Positions 29,082 to 38,968 of a stretch of DNA of 64,000 bases are shown here, piece by piece. The stretch's first letter is position 1. Each line of letters opens with the position of its first letter. Below the pieces are notes generated by a model that had not been told where the DNA came from, searched no databases, and saw only the letters and a list, made by a program, of their open reading frames with translations. The translations under genes were made by a program, and so were the position numbers. The stretch is from the NCBI GenBank assembly GCA_036273255.1, contig DASUIA010000192.1:8230-72229 (forward strand). Reading direction: 5' to 3'. Source of the DNA: Bradyrhizobium sp. GTDB taxonomy: Bacteria > Pseudomonadota > Alphaproteobacteria > Rhizobiales > Xanthobacteraceae.

Positions 29082-30122
29082 GTGAGCGGCGGCGACAGGC
29101 CTTTTCAGCCATTTGACGACGACGCCAGCCTGGCGTCGCGCGCCGCCTGGCTGCATTACGCCGGCGGCCTCACCCAGGGCGAGGTCGCCACACGCCTGAA
29201 CATCCCCGCGATGAAGGCCCACCGCCTGATCGCGCGAGCCGGGCGTGATGGACTGATCCGGATTTTCGTCGACGGCGCGGTGGCGGAATGCGTACAGTTC
29301 GAGGAAATCCTCAAGGCACGCTTCCAACTCGAGGCCGTGCAGGTCGCTCCCGACCTCGGCGAGCCCGGGCTTCCCATCAAGGCGCTGGCTTTCGCCGGGG
29401 CGAGCTATCTTCATGCCGTTCTGCAGCGCAACGCGGGTCAGATCGTGGGCATCGGTCACGGACGCACGTTGGCCGCCGTCGTCCGCCATTTGCCGCCGAT
29501 GCCGAACTCGGAAGTCAAGTTTGTCTCGCTGCTCGGCGGCCTGACGCGGAAGTTCTCGGCGAGCCCGTTCGACGTCATCCACCTCATTGCCGAGCGGACC
29601 GGCAGCGAGGCCTATCTGATGCCGGTCCCGCTCTATGCGAACAGTGCCGCGGACCGCGCCGTTCTGCTCGCGCAACTTGGAATTTCCGCCGTGTTCGATA
29701 TCGCGCGACGGGCGGATCTCATGCTTGTCGGGATCGGTGAGGCGCGTCCAAGCGGATCGCTGGTGCAGACCGGCATGATCCGGCCCGACGAGGTTGCCGA
29801 ACTCGAGCGCGCGGGGGTCGCCGGCGAGATGCTTGGGCATTTCTTCGACGCAAAGGGCAATATCGTCGAAACCGAACTTTCCGGCCGTTCGATCTCCCTG
29901 TCGCCGCAGGATTTGCGGGGCCGCAACATCGTCGCGATTGCCGGGGGACCGAGCAAGGTCGCCGGCATCCGCGCAGCCCTCGCGAGCGGATTGCTCAAGG
30001 GACTCATCACCGACGAGTTCACCGCCCGGCGCCTGGTGAACAAGCAAAGCGAGGCCATTTCGACAAGAAGAGCGGCAAAGAAAGCCGTCGCGTCAAAATC
30101 AACGACAACGCCAAGGGAGTGA
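29082..30122 (+). CDS. SorC/DeoR sugar-binding transcriptional regulator (EryD-like)
   Basis: AAWLHYAGGLTQGEVA HTH, GIGHGRTL, LITDE. Confidence 0.88.
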   Translation: MSGGDRPFQPFDDDASLASRAAWLHYAGGLTQGEVATRLNIPAMKAHRLIARAGRDGLIRIFVDGAVAECVQFEEILKARFQLEAVQVAPDLGEPGLPIKALAFAGASYLHAVLQRNAGQIVGIGHGRTLAAVVRHLPPMPNSEVKFVSLLGGLTRKFSASPFDVIHLIAERTGSEAYLMPVPLYANSAADRAVLLAQLGISAVFDIARRADLMLVGIGEARPSGSLVQTGMIRPDEVAELERAGVAGEMLGHFFDAKGNIVETELSGRSISLSPQDLRGRNIVAIAGGPSKVAGIRAALASGLLKGLITDEFTARRLVNKQSEAISTRRAAKKAVASKSTTTPRE

Positions 30123-30126
30123 AAAC

Positions 30127-31566
30127 ATGACAGACAGAATTAAAGATCTCTTCGACGCCTATGCGGCCGGTCGTGTCAGCCGTCGCGAGCTGATCCAGGG
30201 AGCCGCCCGGTTGGGTATCACGGCAGCCAGCGCCAACTTCCTGCTGGGATCCTCGGTCACCGGAGCAATGGCCGCCGACTATGACTGGCAGGCGCAGAAG
30301 GGAACCGCGATCAAGCTGCTGCTCGACAAGCACCCCTACGCCGATGCGATGATTGCCGATCTCGAAAACTTCAAGAGGCTCACCGGCATAGAGGTGACTT
30401 ATGACGTGTTTCCCGAGGACGTCTATTTCGACAAGGTGACCGCCGCGCTGTCATCGAAATCCGACCAGTACGATGCCTTCATGACCGGCGCCTACATGAC
30501 ATGGACTTATGGTCCGGCGGGATGGGTGGTCGATCTCAACGAATACATCAAGGATCCGAAGCGCACGAACCCGAAATTCGCCTGGGACGACGTGTTGCCC
30601 GGACTGCGTTCCTCCACGGCCTGGAATGGCGTTCCAGGCGGCGCGCTTGGCTCGGCCGATGCCAAGCAGTGGTGCATTCCCTGGGGTTATGAGCTGAACA
30701 ACCTGACCTACAATCGCAAGATGTTCGAAAAGGCCAAGGTGAGCGTGCCGAAGAATTTGGCCGAGTTGTCGGAGACCGCCGCCAAATTGACCAAGGATCT
30801 CGGCGGCCCCTACGGGATCGGCGTCCGCGGGTCGCGGTCCTGGGCCACCATTCATCCGGGCTTCCTTTCCGGATATGCCAATTTTGGCGAAAAGGACTTC
30901 ACGGTTGCCGGCGGCAAGCTGAAGGCGGCGATGAATACCCCGGGTTCAAAGGCCTTCCACAAGCAGTGGGTGCAGATGATCCAGCAATCCGGTCCGAAGA
31001 ACTGGTCGACCTATACCTGGTATCAGGTCGGTACCGACCTGGGCGCCGGCGCATCCGCGATGATCTACGATGCCGACATTCTCGGCTACTTCGAGAACGG
31101 CGGCGACAACAAGGAAAAGGGCAGCCTTGGCTATGCGGCGTTTGCGGCAAATCCCGCGGCAAAAGCCCCGACGCCGAATGTCTGGATCTGGTCGCTGGCC
31201 ATGTCGAGCTTCTCGAAGAAGAAAGACGCGGCCTGGAAGTTCATGCAATGGGCGGCCTCGGTCGAGCATGACATGTTCGGCGCGCGCAAGATGGACTTCG
31301 TCAATCCGGTCCGGGCCTCGGTCTGGAAGGATGGGGAATTCCGTGACCGGATCGCAAAATCCTACCCCGGTTATCTTGAGCAGCACGATGTCTCCGCGCC
31401 GGGCGCCAAGATCTATTTCACCGCGCAACCGTTGTTCTTCGACGTCACCACCCAGTGGGCGGAATCGCTGCAGAAAATGGTGGCCAAGGAGGTTCCGGTC
31501 GACGAGGGTCTGGACCAGCTCGCTGCAAGCATCGACAAGCAGTTGCGGGAAGCAGGCCTGGGCTAG
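30127..31566 (+). CDS. Polyol ABC substrate-binding protein (MptA-like), Tat signal
   Basis: SRRELIQG twin-arginine signal; SBP_bac_1-like sequence. Confidence 0.88.
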   Translation: MTDRIKDLFDAYAAGRVSRRELIQGAARLGITAASANFLLGSSVTGAMAADYDWQAQKGTAIKLLLDKHPYADAMIADLENFKRLTGIEVTYDVFPEDVYFDKVTAALSSKSDQYDAFMTGAYMTWTYGPAGWVVDLNEYIKDPKRTNPKFAWDDVLPGLRSSTAWNGVPGGALGSADAKQWCIPWGYELNNLTYNRKMFEKAKVSVPKNLAELSETAAKLTKDLGGPYGIGVRGSRSWATIHPGFLSGYANFGEKDFTVAGGKLKAAMNTPGSKAFHKQWVQMIQQSGPKNWSTYTWYQVGTDLGAGASAMIYDADILGYFENGGDNKEKGSLGYAAFAANPAAKAPTPNVWIWSLAMSSFSKKKDAAWKFMQWAASVEHDMFGARKMDFVNPVRASVWKDGEFRDRIAKSYPGYLEQHDVSAPGAKIYFTAQPLFFDVTTQWAESLQKMVAKEVPVDEGLDQLAASIDKQLREAGLG

Positions 31567-31605
31567 GCGGCCTCGCTGCCCTCTGCCTACTGGTTTCGTT
31601 CGCTC

Positions 31606-31629
31606 CGCCCGACCCGCGTGGGTCGGGCG
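31606..31629 (+). other. Intercistronic stem-loop after SBP gene
   Basis: CGCCCGACCC-GCGT-GGGTCGGGCG. Confidence 0.7.
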
Positions 31630-31641
31630 CCGGAGGCTTCC

Positions 31642-32565
31642 ATGACGTCACAGCCCATCGACGATTCCGTCCGGGTCGTTCGCCGCCGTCCGGTCGAGTG
31701 GCTTCCGTATCTGCTCAGCCTGCCGGCGCTGCTGGTCTGCATCGGCATCCTGATTCCATTTGTCACCGCCCTGTATTATTCAACCCTGCGATTTCGGCTG
31801 AACCTGCCGGCTTTGAAGGGTTTCATCTGGTTCGGCAACTACACGAACCTGCTGTACGATCCCGAATTCTGGAACACGGTCAGCGTCTCCCTGCGCTACA
31901 CCGCCATTGCCGTCGGCGTCGAACTGGTGCTCGGGCTGGTCATCGCCCTCTTGCTGCAGCGGCAAACCCGCATCAACAACGTGATTTCAGTGCTGTTGCT
32001 GCTGCCGCTCATGACCGCGCCGGCCATCGCGGCGTTGATGTGGAAACTGATGACCAACCCGAACTTCGGAGTTCTGTCCTATCTCGTGAGCCTTGCCGGA
32101 ATTGCCGATTTCAGGTGGGCGTCGAGCCCGTCGTCGGCGCTGTTCACGGTCATTCTGGTCGATGTCTGGGTTTACACGCCGTTCATCATGGTGCTGCTGC
32201 TGGCGGGGCTGCGGTCGTTGCCGCAGCAGCCGTTCGAGGCGGCCGCGCTGGACGGAGTTCCGCGGCTGTTCGTGTTTTTCCGGATCACGCTCCCGATGCT
32301 GTCGCCCTATATCATCACGGCCAGCCTGTTTCGGCTGCTCGACGCCATCCAGCAATTCGATATCGTCTATGCGATGACCCAGGGCGGTCCGGGCAACACG
32401 CTGCTGGTTTTCCAGGTGCGGGCCTATCTCGAGTTCTATCAATACACCAATGTCGGCAAGTCGGCCGCGCTGCTGGTCGTGCTCTGGGCGATCACCTATT
32501 TCCTGTCGAACATCTTCATCAAGAACTGGCTGCGCCTGCGCGAGCGTAGCCATGCCTCGGCGTGA
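31642..32565 (+). CDS. Carbohydrate ABC permease (MptB-like)
   Basis: EAAALDG EAA motif, MTQGGPG. Confidence 0.9.
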   Translation: MTSQPIDDSVRVVRRRPVEWLPYLLSLPALLVCIGILIPFVTALYYSTLRFRLNLPALKGFIWFGNYTNLLYDPEFWNTVSVSLRYTAIAVGVELVLGLVIALLLQRQTRINNVISVLLLLPLMTAPAIAALMWKLMTNPNFGVLSYLVSLAGIADFRWASSPSSALFTVILVDVWVYTPFIMVLLLAGLRSLPQQPFEAAALDGVPRLFVFFRITLPMLSPYIITASLFRLLDAIQQFDIVYAMTQGGPGNTLLVFQVRAYLEFYQYTNVGKSAALLVVLWAITYFLSNIFIKNWLRLRERSHASA

Positions 32566-32577
32566 AAGGGACCGACG

Positions 32578-33435
32578 ATGGGCCGGACTTCCCTATTCGA
32601 ACGGGCGCTTCGCGGGCTGCTGCTGACGTTGATCGTGATCTTCTTCCTGTTTCCGATCTTCTGGATCCTTCTGATGTCGTTCCAGACCAACGAGCAGATA
32701 TTGCGCATTCCACCGAGCCTGACCTTCGTGCCGACGCTTGACAATTACAAGGCGCTGATCAGCGGCCATCTGATCACCAGCGCGGGCACGCTCGACATTG
32801 CCTTCATGCGCAACCTCGGCAACAGTGTGCTGCTGTCGACGTGCTCGGTGCTGCTGGCGCTGATCCTGGGGGTGCCGGCGGCTTACGCGTTCGCCCGTTT
32901 CAAGTTCCGGCTCAGCGAGGACATCGCGTTCACGCTGCTGTCCTTTCGCTTCGCACCACCGCTGCTGGTGCTGCTGCCGCTGTCGCTGTTTTTCGAGAGT
33001 CTCGGGCTGGTGGATACCTATGTAGGGCTGGTCTGGGTCTACCAGTTGATTGCGCTACCGCTCATTCTCTGGATCGTTCGCGGTTATTTCGAGGACATCT
33101 CGCCCGACATCGAAAATGCCTACCGCATCGCCGGCCATTCCTGGGTGCGGACCTTTTTCAAGATCGCGGTGCCACTGGCCGGGCCGGGAATCGCTGCGGC
33201 GGGTCTGCTGTCCTTCATCTTCTGCTGGAACAACTTCGTTTTCGCGCTGGTGCTTGCCTCCGCCGATAAACAGCCGGTTACGGTCGGAGCGCTGGCTTTC
33301 GTGACCGCGTCCGGAATTCAGTACGGCCAGGTCGCCGCCGCCATCGTGCTATCGGTGACGCCGACGCTGCTGCTCGCCCTTTATGCCCAGCGCTGGCTGG
33401 TTGAGGGTCTGTCGCTCGGAGCCGTCAAGGGCTGA
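32578..33435 (+). CDS. Carbohydrate ABC permease (MptC-like)
   Basis: PAAYAFAR, WNNF, GLSLGAVKG. Confidence 0.9.
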   Translation: MGRTSLFERALRGLLLTLIVIFFLFPIFWILLMSFQTNEQILRIPPSLTFVPTLDNYKALISGHLITSAGTLDIAFMRNLGNSVLLSTCSVLLALILGVPAAYAFARFKFRLSEDIAFTLLSFRFAPPLLVLLPLSLFFESLGLVDTYVGLVWVYQLIALPLILWIVRGYFEDISPDIENAYRIAGHSWVRTFFKIAVPLAGPGIAAAGLLSFIFCWNNFVFALVLASADKQPVTVGALAFVTASGIQYGQVAAAIVLSVTPTLLLALYAQRWLVEGLSLGAVKG

Positions 33436-33437
33436 TT

Positions 33438-34547
33438 ATGGCGCAGATCGAAATCCGAGGCCTTTGCAAGTCGTTCAAGGACGACGCGGTGCTGAAGCAT
33501 CTGTCGTTGAGCGTCGACAAAGGCGAAATCGTCGCGCTGTTCGGCCCGTCGGGGACCGGCAAGACCGTTCTGCTGCGGCTGCTTGCCGGGATCTATGCGC
33601 CGGATGCCGGGACGATCGCGCTTCGCGGCCATGACGCGTCAGGCAGGCCGCCGGAAAAACGCGGAATTGGGATGGCGTTCCAGAATTTTGCGTTGTTTCC
33701 GCACATGTCGGCGCGAGATAATATTGCAAGCGCGCTGACGGCGCGGAAGGCAGATGCGGCCGAGATCGTGCGAAAGGTCGATTCGGTTGCGGAGTTGCTC
33801 AAAATCGGTCACGTGCTCGGCCATTCGCCGCGCGAATTGTCCAACGGCCAGAAGCAGCGCACCGCGCTGGCCCGGGCCCTGGTCGGCGATCCCGACATCC
33901 TGCTGCTCGACGACCCGCTGCGCAATGTCGACGCCAAGCTGAGGTACGAAATGCGGCTGGAGCTCCCGGCACTGCTGAAACGGGCCGGCTCGACCGTGCT
34001 CTATGTGACTCAGGACTTCAAGGAGGCGATGGCGCTCGGCGACCGCATCGCCGTCCTGCTGGATGGCGAGATCGCACAATGCGATACGCCCGCGCGCATC
34101 TATGCCGAGCCGGCCAGCATCGGTGTTGCGCGGTTGTTCGGCGATCCCACGCTCAATCTCATCGAGGTCGAACCCCGGCTGGTCGATGGTGTGCCGGAAG
34201 TTCTGGTCGGCGGCGCCTCGATCCGACTTCCCGCGGGCTATGCCGCCGCAGCCGGCGGAAGTTACATGCTCGGACTGCGTCCGGAATCGCTGCATCTGGT
34301 CGATGGACAGGCCCCGGGAACGATTGCCGTCGATCTGGTCGCGGTAACTCCGTTGAACGAGAAGTCCGTCCTGCTGTTCACCACGCAGGGCGGAAGCGAG
34401 TTGCTCGCCTCGGAGGCTGGAGACCGCGAGATGCCGCGTCGTACCGGTTCCGCGCGCATCGCCGTCGATCTCGACGCCGTGCTTCTGTTCGATCGCGACA
34501 GCGGCATGCGGTTCATTCCTGCTGATGACATGGAGGTCAGGACATGA
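33438..34547 (+). CDS. Sugar ABC ATP-binding protein, degenerate (MptD-like)
   Basis: GPSGTGKT, LSNGQKQR, LLLDDP, YVTQD. Confidence 0.88.
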   Translation: MAQIEIRGLCKSFKDDAVLKHLSLSVDKGEIVALFGPSGTGKTVLLRLLAGIYAPDAGTIALRGHDASGRPPEKRGIGMAFQNFALFPHMSARDNIASALTARKADAAEIVRKVDSVAELLKIGHVLGHSPRELSNGQKQRTALARALVGDPDILLLDDPLRNVDAKLRYEMRLELPALLKRAGSTVLYVTQDFKEAMALGDRIAVLLDGEIAQCDTPARIYAEPASIGVARLFGDPTLNLIEVEPRLVDGVPEVLVGGASIRLPAGYAAAAGGSYMLGLRPESLHLVDGQAPGTIAVDLVAVTPLNEKSVLLFTTQGGSELLASEAGDREMPRRTGSARIAVDLDAVLLFDRDSGMRFIPADDMEVRT

Positions 34548-35671
34548 GCGCGTCGCTCTCGATCCGTGCTGTCGACAAGATCTACCGTCCTCGCGGCAGA
34601 TCGCCGGTTCACGCGGTCAAGGCGCTCACGATGGACGTCGGACGTGGCGAGATCGTCGCGCTGCTCGGTTCGTCCGGATGCGGCAAAACCTCCACGCTGC
34701 GCATGGTAGCGGGATTCGAGGATGTCAGCGCCGGTTCCATTGCATTGGCGGACCGGCGCGTCGAGCGGCTCGCGCCTGCCGCGCGCAATGTCGCCATGGC
34801 CTTCGAGGGCTATTCGCTCTATCCGCCACTGACGGTGCGGGAGAACATTGCCTTTGCGCTCAAGCGCGGCCGGCTCTCCGGCAGCGAGGTTGCGCAGCGG
34901 GTGCGACAGGTGGCGGCGCTGGTCGAAATCGAATCGATCCTCGATCGCTACCCGAACTCGATCTCGGGCGGTCAGCAGCAGCGCGCCTCGTTGGCGCGGG
35001 CACTGGTGCGTGACGCCGACCTCTACGTGCTGGACGAACCGATGGGGCAGCTCGAGCCGCAACTTCGCGCGGTGCTGCGGGGCCGGCTGAAACGCCTGCT
35101 CAAGGACCGTGTGATGACCTCGATCTTTGTCACCCATGACCAGACCGAGGCGAATGCGCTGGCGGACCGGATCGCGGTGATGGAGGGTGGGGTCCTGCAG
35201 CAGTTCGCCAATCAGCACGATCTCAAGGAAAGGCCGGCCAATCTCTATGTCGCCACGTTCATCGGCGAGCCGCCCATGAACGTGTTCGACGCTTCGGTCG
35301 CTCGCGCAGGCGAGAGGACGACGTTCCAGCTCGACAACGGTCCGAGCTTCAGCTTCGGCGACAACGAACTCGGACCGGAGGTCCGACAGGCGATTGGCGC
35401 CCGCCGAAAGATCGTGATCGGCGTTCGCCCACATCGCGTCGTGCTTGGCGGGGCGGGCGCCGGGACCGCCCGCGTGGTTTCCAATCAGTGGCTCGGAGAC
35501 CAGAGCCACGTGGCGTTGGCGGTAGCGGGAAAGCTGCTGGTGGCGGTATCGCATGTGCGGGTACGGGCGAGCGTGGGGGAAAGCGTTCCCTACGGATTGC
35601 GGGCACAGGACCTTCACCTCTTCGATCCCACGACCACTGCCGCACTGGCGCATGGAACGCGAGCATCATGA
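34544..35671 (+). CDS. Sugar ABC ATP-binding protein (MptE-like)
   Basis: GSSGCGKT, ISGGQQQR, LDEP, VTHDQ. Confidence 0.9.
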   Translation: MSASLSIRAVDKIYRPRGRSPVHAVKALTMDVGRGEIVALLGSSGCGKTSTLRMVAGFEDVSAGSIALADRRVERLAPAARNVAMAFEGYSLYPPLTVRENIAFALKRGRLSGSEVAQRVRQVAALVEIESILDRYPNSISGGQQQRASLARALVRDADLYVLDEPMGQLEPQLRAVLRGRLKRLLKDRVMTSIFVTHDQTEANALADRIAVMEGGVLQQFANQHDLKERPANLYVATFIGEPPMNVFDASVARAGERTTFQLDNGPSFSFGDNELGPEVRQAIGARRKIVIGVRPHRVVLGGAGAGTARVVSNQWLGDQSHVALAVAGKLLVAVSHVRVRASVGESVPYGLRAQDLHLFDPTTTAALAHGTRAS

Positions 35672-37230
35672 CGCGCGACCTGATTATCGGGATCGATGCC
35701 GGGACCTCCGTGCTGAAGTCGGTGGCCTTTACGCTCGACGGCGCGCAGCTTGGAGTAGCCTCGCGTCCCAACTCCTATAATCGTGCCGGGCAAGGCTACG
35801 TCGAGCAGGATATGCTGCAGACATGGCACGACACCAGGCAGACGCTGCGCGATCTGGCAGCGATCGTACCCGGTCTGGCAAGCCGCGCGGTCGGCATTGC
35901 CGTGACCGGTCAGGGCGACGGTTGCTGGCTGGTTGACGCCGAGGGCGAGCCGATCGGCGATGCCCTGATCTGGCTCGACTCCCGTGCAGCCGAGATGGCC
36001 GCAGCCTTCGTGGCCGGCCCGGATCACGCGGCTCACTATTCCACAACCGGCACCGGGCTCAACGCCTGCCAGCAATCGATCCAGCTCGCGTGGCTGCAAC
36101 GGCATCAGCCGGAACGGCTGGTCAGAGCCGCCAACGCGCTTCATTGCAAGGATTGGCTCTATTTCAAGCTGACCGGGCAGCGCGCGGTCGATCCGGCCGA
36201 GGGCATCTTCACCTATGGCGATTTTCGCACCGGGAGCTATGCCCCGGCGATCGGCGAACGCCTCGGCATTGCCCGCCATGCGCATCTTCTTCCCGACATT
36301 GTCGATGGCGCGAGAATGCATCATGCCATGACCCCCGCCGCAGCGACCGACACCGGGTTGCCGAGCGGGCTGCCGGTCGTGCTCGGCTATGTCGATGTCG
36401 TATGCTCCGCGATCGGAGGAGGGCTCTATGATCCTTCCGGTACCGTCGGTTGTTCGATTATCGGCTCGACCGGAATGCATATGCGAATGGCCGTAGGCGC
36501 CGATGCGGTTTCCCTCAACCCGGCCTGTTCCGGCTACACCATGGCGCTGCCGGGCGCCGGATTGTATGCGCAGAGCCAGTCCAACATGGCGGGAACCGTC
36601 AACATTGACTGGCTTGTCGAATTGGCGCGGCAAGCCTGCGCCATGGCCGGGATCGAATCGCATCGCCATGCGCTTCTGGCCGGCGTTGAAGCCCACGTGG
36701 CGGCCGCTGCTCCCGGCAGTTCGCTGTACCATCCTTATATCCTGGAGGCCGGCGAACGTGGACCATTCATGAATGCCGACGCGCGGGCGCAGTTCTCGGG
36801 CCTGTCGACAAGCACCAGTTTCGCGGGCCTGTTCCGGTCGATCTATGAGGGTCTCGCCTTTGCTGCCCGGGATTGCTACGGCGTCATGGGGAGTATCCCG
36901 AGCGAGATCCGCCTCACCGGCGGTGCGGCGCGCTCATCGACGCTGCTGCAGATCTTTGCAGACGTACTCGCCGTTCCGGTTCGAAGGGTGCGGCGCGAGG
37001 AGACCGGCGCCGCCGGCGCGGCCATGATCGGGGCGATGAGCCTCGGACTCTATCCCAGCCTGGCTGCTTGCGCGCAGGCGTGGGTCACGCCCACATTGGG
37101 GGCTCTCACCGAGCCCGACGCGAAACTCGCTGACTTCTATCACAAGCTGTTTCCGATCTATCGGTCTGTTCGGGAGGTGATGCCGCCGGCCTGGGCCGCC
37201 TTGGCGCAAGCGCGGGAGGCGAAGCCATGA
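35668..37230 (+). CDS. eryA: Erythritol/polyol kinase (FGGY family)
   Basis: IIGIDAGTSVLK, TGQGDG, TGTGLNACQQ, HCKDWLY, EAGERGPF closely follow Brucella/Sinorhizobium EryA as recalled. Confidence 0.82.
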   Translation: MTRDLIIGIDAGTSVLKSVAFTLDGAQLGVASRPNSYNRAGQGYVEQDMLQTWHDTRQTLRDLAAIVPGLASRAVGIAVTGQGDGCWLVDAEGEPIGDALIWLDSRAAEMAAAFVAGPDHAAHYSTTGTGLNACQQSIQLAWLQRHQPERLVRAANALHCKDWLYFKLTGQRAVDPAEGIFTYGDFRTGSYAPAIGERLGIARHAHLLPDIVDGARMHHAMTPAAATDTGLPSGLPVVLGYVDVVCSAIGGGLYDPSGTVGCSIIGSTGMHMRMAVGADAVSLNPACSGYTMALPGAGLYAQSQSNMAGTVNIDWLVELARQACAMAGIESHRHALLAGVEAHVAAAAPGSSLYHPYILEAGERGPFMNADARAQFSGLSTSTSFAGLFRSIYEGLAFAARDCYGVMGSIPSEIRLTGGAARSSTLLQIFADVLAVPVRRVRREETGAAGAAMIGAMSLGLYPSLAACAQAWVTPTLGALTEPDAKLADFYHKLFPIYRSVREVMPPAWAALAQAREAKP

Positions 37231-38261
37231 CGCATTCCGTCGCCGTCATCGGGGACCGCTTCATGCTGCCCCGCCTGTTCGAGGATGCCTTGCGGGAAAT
37301 CTGCGGCGACGTGCTCGCCATTCGTACGCTCGAGCAGCCATGGCCGGATGAGCCGATGGAGCACGGCTATGCCAGGGCAGGCGGGTTGAAGGAATATATG
37401 GGCGAGCCGGACGACATCGTCGCCTTTGTCGGCGATGCGCCGATCCTGGTGACGCATCTTGCGCCGCTCTCCGCTGCCATGATGGATCGTCTGCCCCGGC
37501 TGAAGCTGGTCGCCGTGTCCCGTGGTGGTCCGGTCAATATCGACATCGCCGCAGCCCGCGCGCGTGGCATCCAGGTGGTCAACACTCCCGGACGCAATGC
37601 CAGCGCCGTCGCGGAATTCGCCATCGGCGCCATCCTGTCGCAAACCCGCATGATCACGCGGGGTCACGACGCCCTGCGGCGGGGCGAATGGCGCGGCGAT
37701 CTCTATCGCGCGGATCTGGCCGGCGACGAGCTTTCCGAGATGACGGTAGGCGTCGTCGGTTACGGCCATATTGGCACGAGGGTCGTTCGCCTTCTCAAGG
37801 CGTTCGGTTGCCGCGTGCTGGTCTGCGACCCCTACGTTCAATTGTCGGTCGACGATCTGCGCGATGGCGTCGAGCATGTCAGCCTCGACCACCTTCTGGC
37901 GCGGTCGGATGTCGTCACGCTTCACCCGCGTGTCAACGAAGAGACCAGGGGAATGATCGGGGCGGCGCAATTCGCGGCAATGAAGCCCGGATGCTTTTTC
38001 ATCAACACGGCGCGAGGTCCGTTGGTGGACTATCAGGCCCTGTATGAGGCGTTGCACTCCAACCATTTGCGCGGCGCCGCGATCGAGACCTTTGCGATCG
38101 AACCCGTTCCGGCGGAGTGGCCGTTGCTGCAATTGCCGAATGTCACGCTGACTCCCCACATCGCCGGAGCTTCCGTCAAGACCGTGCGGATCGCGGCACG
38201 CGCAGCCGCCCAGGAAGTGTGGCGGTTTCTCAATGGCGAACCCCTCCACCACCTTTGCTGA
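37227..38261 (+). CDS. D-isomer 2-hydroxyacid dehydrogenase family (RbtA-like)
   Basis: GVVGYGHIG, INTARG, TPHIAG; position after eryA. Confidence 0.85.
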   Translation: MTHSVAVIGDRFMLPRLFEDALREICGDVLAIRTLEQPWPDEPMEHGYARAGGLKEYMGEPDDIVAFVGDAPILVTHLAPLSAAMMDRLPRLKLVAVSRGGPVNIDIAAARARGIQVVNTPGRNASAVAEFAIGAILSQTRMITRGHDALRRGEWRGDLYRADLAGDELSEMTVGVVGYGHIGTRVVRLLKAFGCRVLVCDPYVQLSVDDLRDGVEHVSLDHLLARSDVVTLHPRVNEETRGMIGAAQFAAMKPGCFFINTARGPLVDYQALYEALHSNHLRGAAIETFAIEPVPAEWPLLQLPNVTLTPHIAGASVKTVRIAARAAAQEVWRFLNGEPLHHLC

Positions 38262-38278
38262 ACTGTCAGGAGCTGAAC

Positions 38279-38968
38279 ATGGCCGACACCGAACTTCGCC
38301 TGCGCAAAGCCATCATCGAAAAGTGCCGCTGGATGAACGCCACGGGTCTGAACCAGGGCACTTCCGGAAACATCTCGGCTCGCCATGGCGACACCATGCT
38401 GATTTCACCGTCGGCGACGCCGTACGATTCGCTGACCCCCGACATGATCGCGGCGATGCCCATCGAGGGCGAATATGGATCGTGGAAGGGGCCGCGCAAG
38501 CCGTCGAGCGAATGGCGGTTTCATCTCGACATCATGAAAGCACGGCCAGATGTCGGCGGCATCGTTCACACCCATGCCACCTATTCGACGGTGCTGGCGA
38601 TCGCGCGCAAGGAAATTCCCTCCTGTCATTACATGATGGCGGCTTTCGGTGGCATGAATGTCCGCGTTGCCGGCTACGCGAGATTCGGCACCAAGGAGCT
38701 GTCCGAACATGCGCTCAAGGCCTTGGAGAACCGGACCGCCTGCCTCCTCGCCAATCACGGGATGATTGCGACCGGTACCTCGCTCGACAAGGCCATGTGG
38801 CTCGCGGTCGAGCTCGAAACCATCGCCCGACAGTATTATCTCACTTTGGCGATTGGCGGCCCGGTGCTGCTGAGCGAAGCCGAGATCGCTGAAACCACCG
38901 AGGCGTTCGGCAGCTACGGGGTGCAGGATCCCCCGGCCAAAGCAGCACGCAAGGCCGCAAGGGCGTGA
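38279..38968 (+). CDS. Class II aldolase (L-fuculose-phosphate aldolase-like)
   Basis: GTSGNIS, PSSEWRFH, VHTH, LLANHG; AGGAG SD. Confidence 0.88.
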   Translation: MADTELRLRKAIIEKCRWMNATGLNQGTSGNISARHGDTMLISPSATPYDSLTPDMIAAMPIEGEYGSWKGPRKPSSEWRFHLDIMKARPDVGGIVHTHATYSTVLAIARKEIPSCHYMMAAFGGMNVRVAGYARFGTKELSEHALKALENRTACLLANHGMIATGTSLDKAMWLAVELETIARQYYLTLAIGGPVLLSEAEIAETTEAFGSYGVQDPPAKAARKAARA

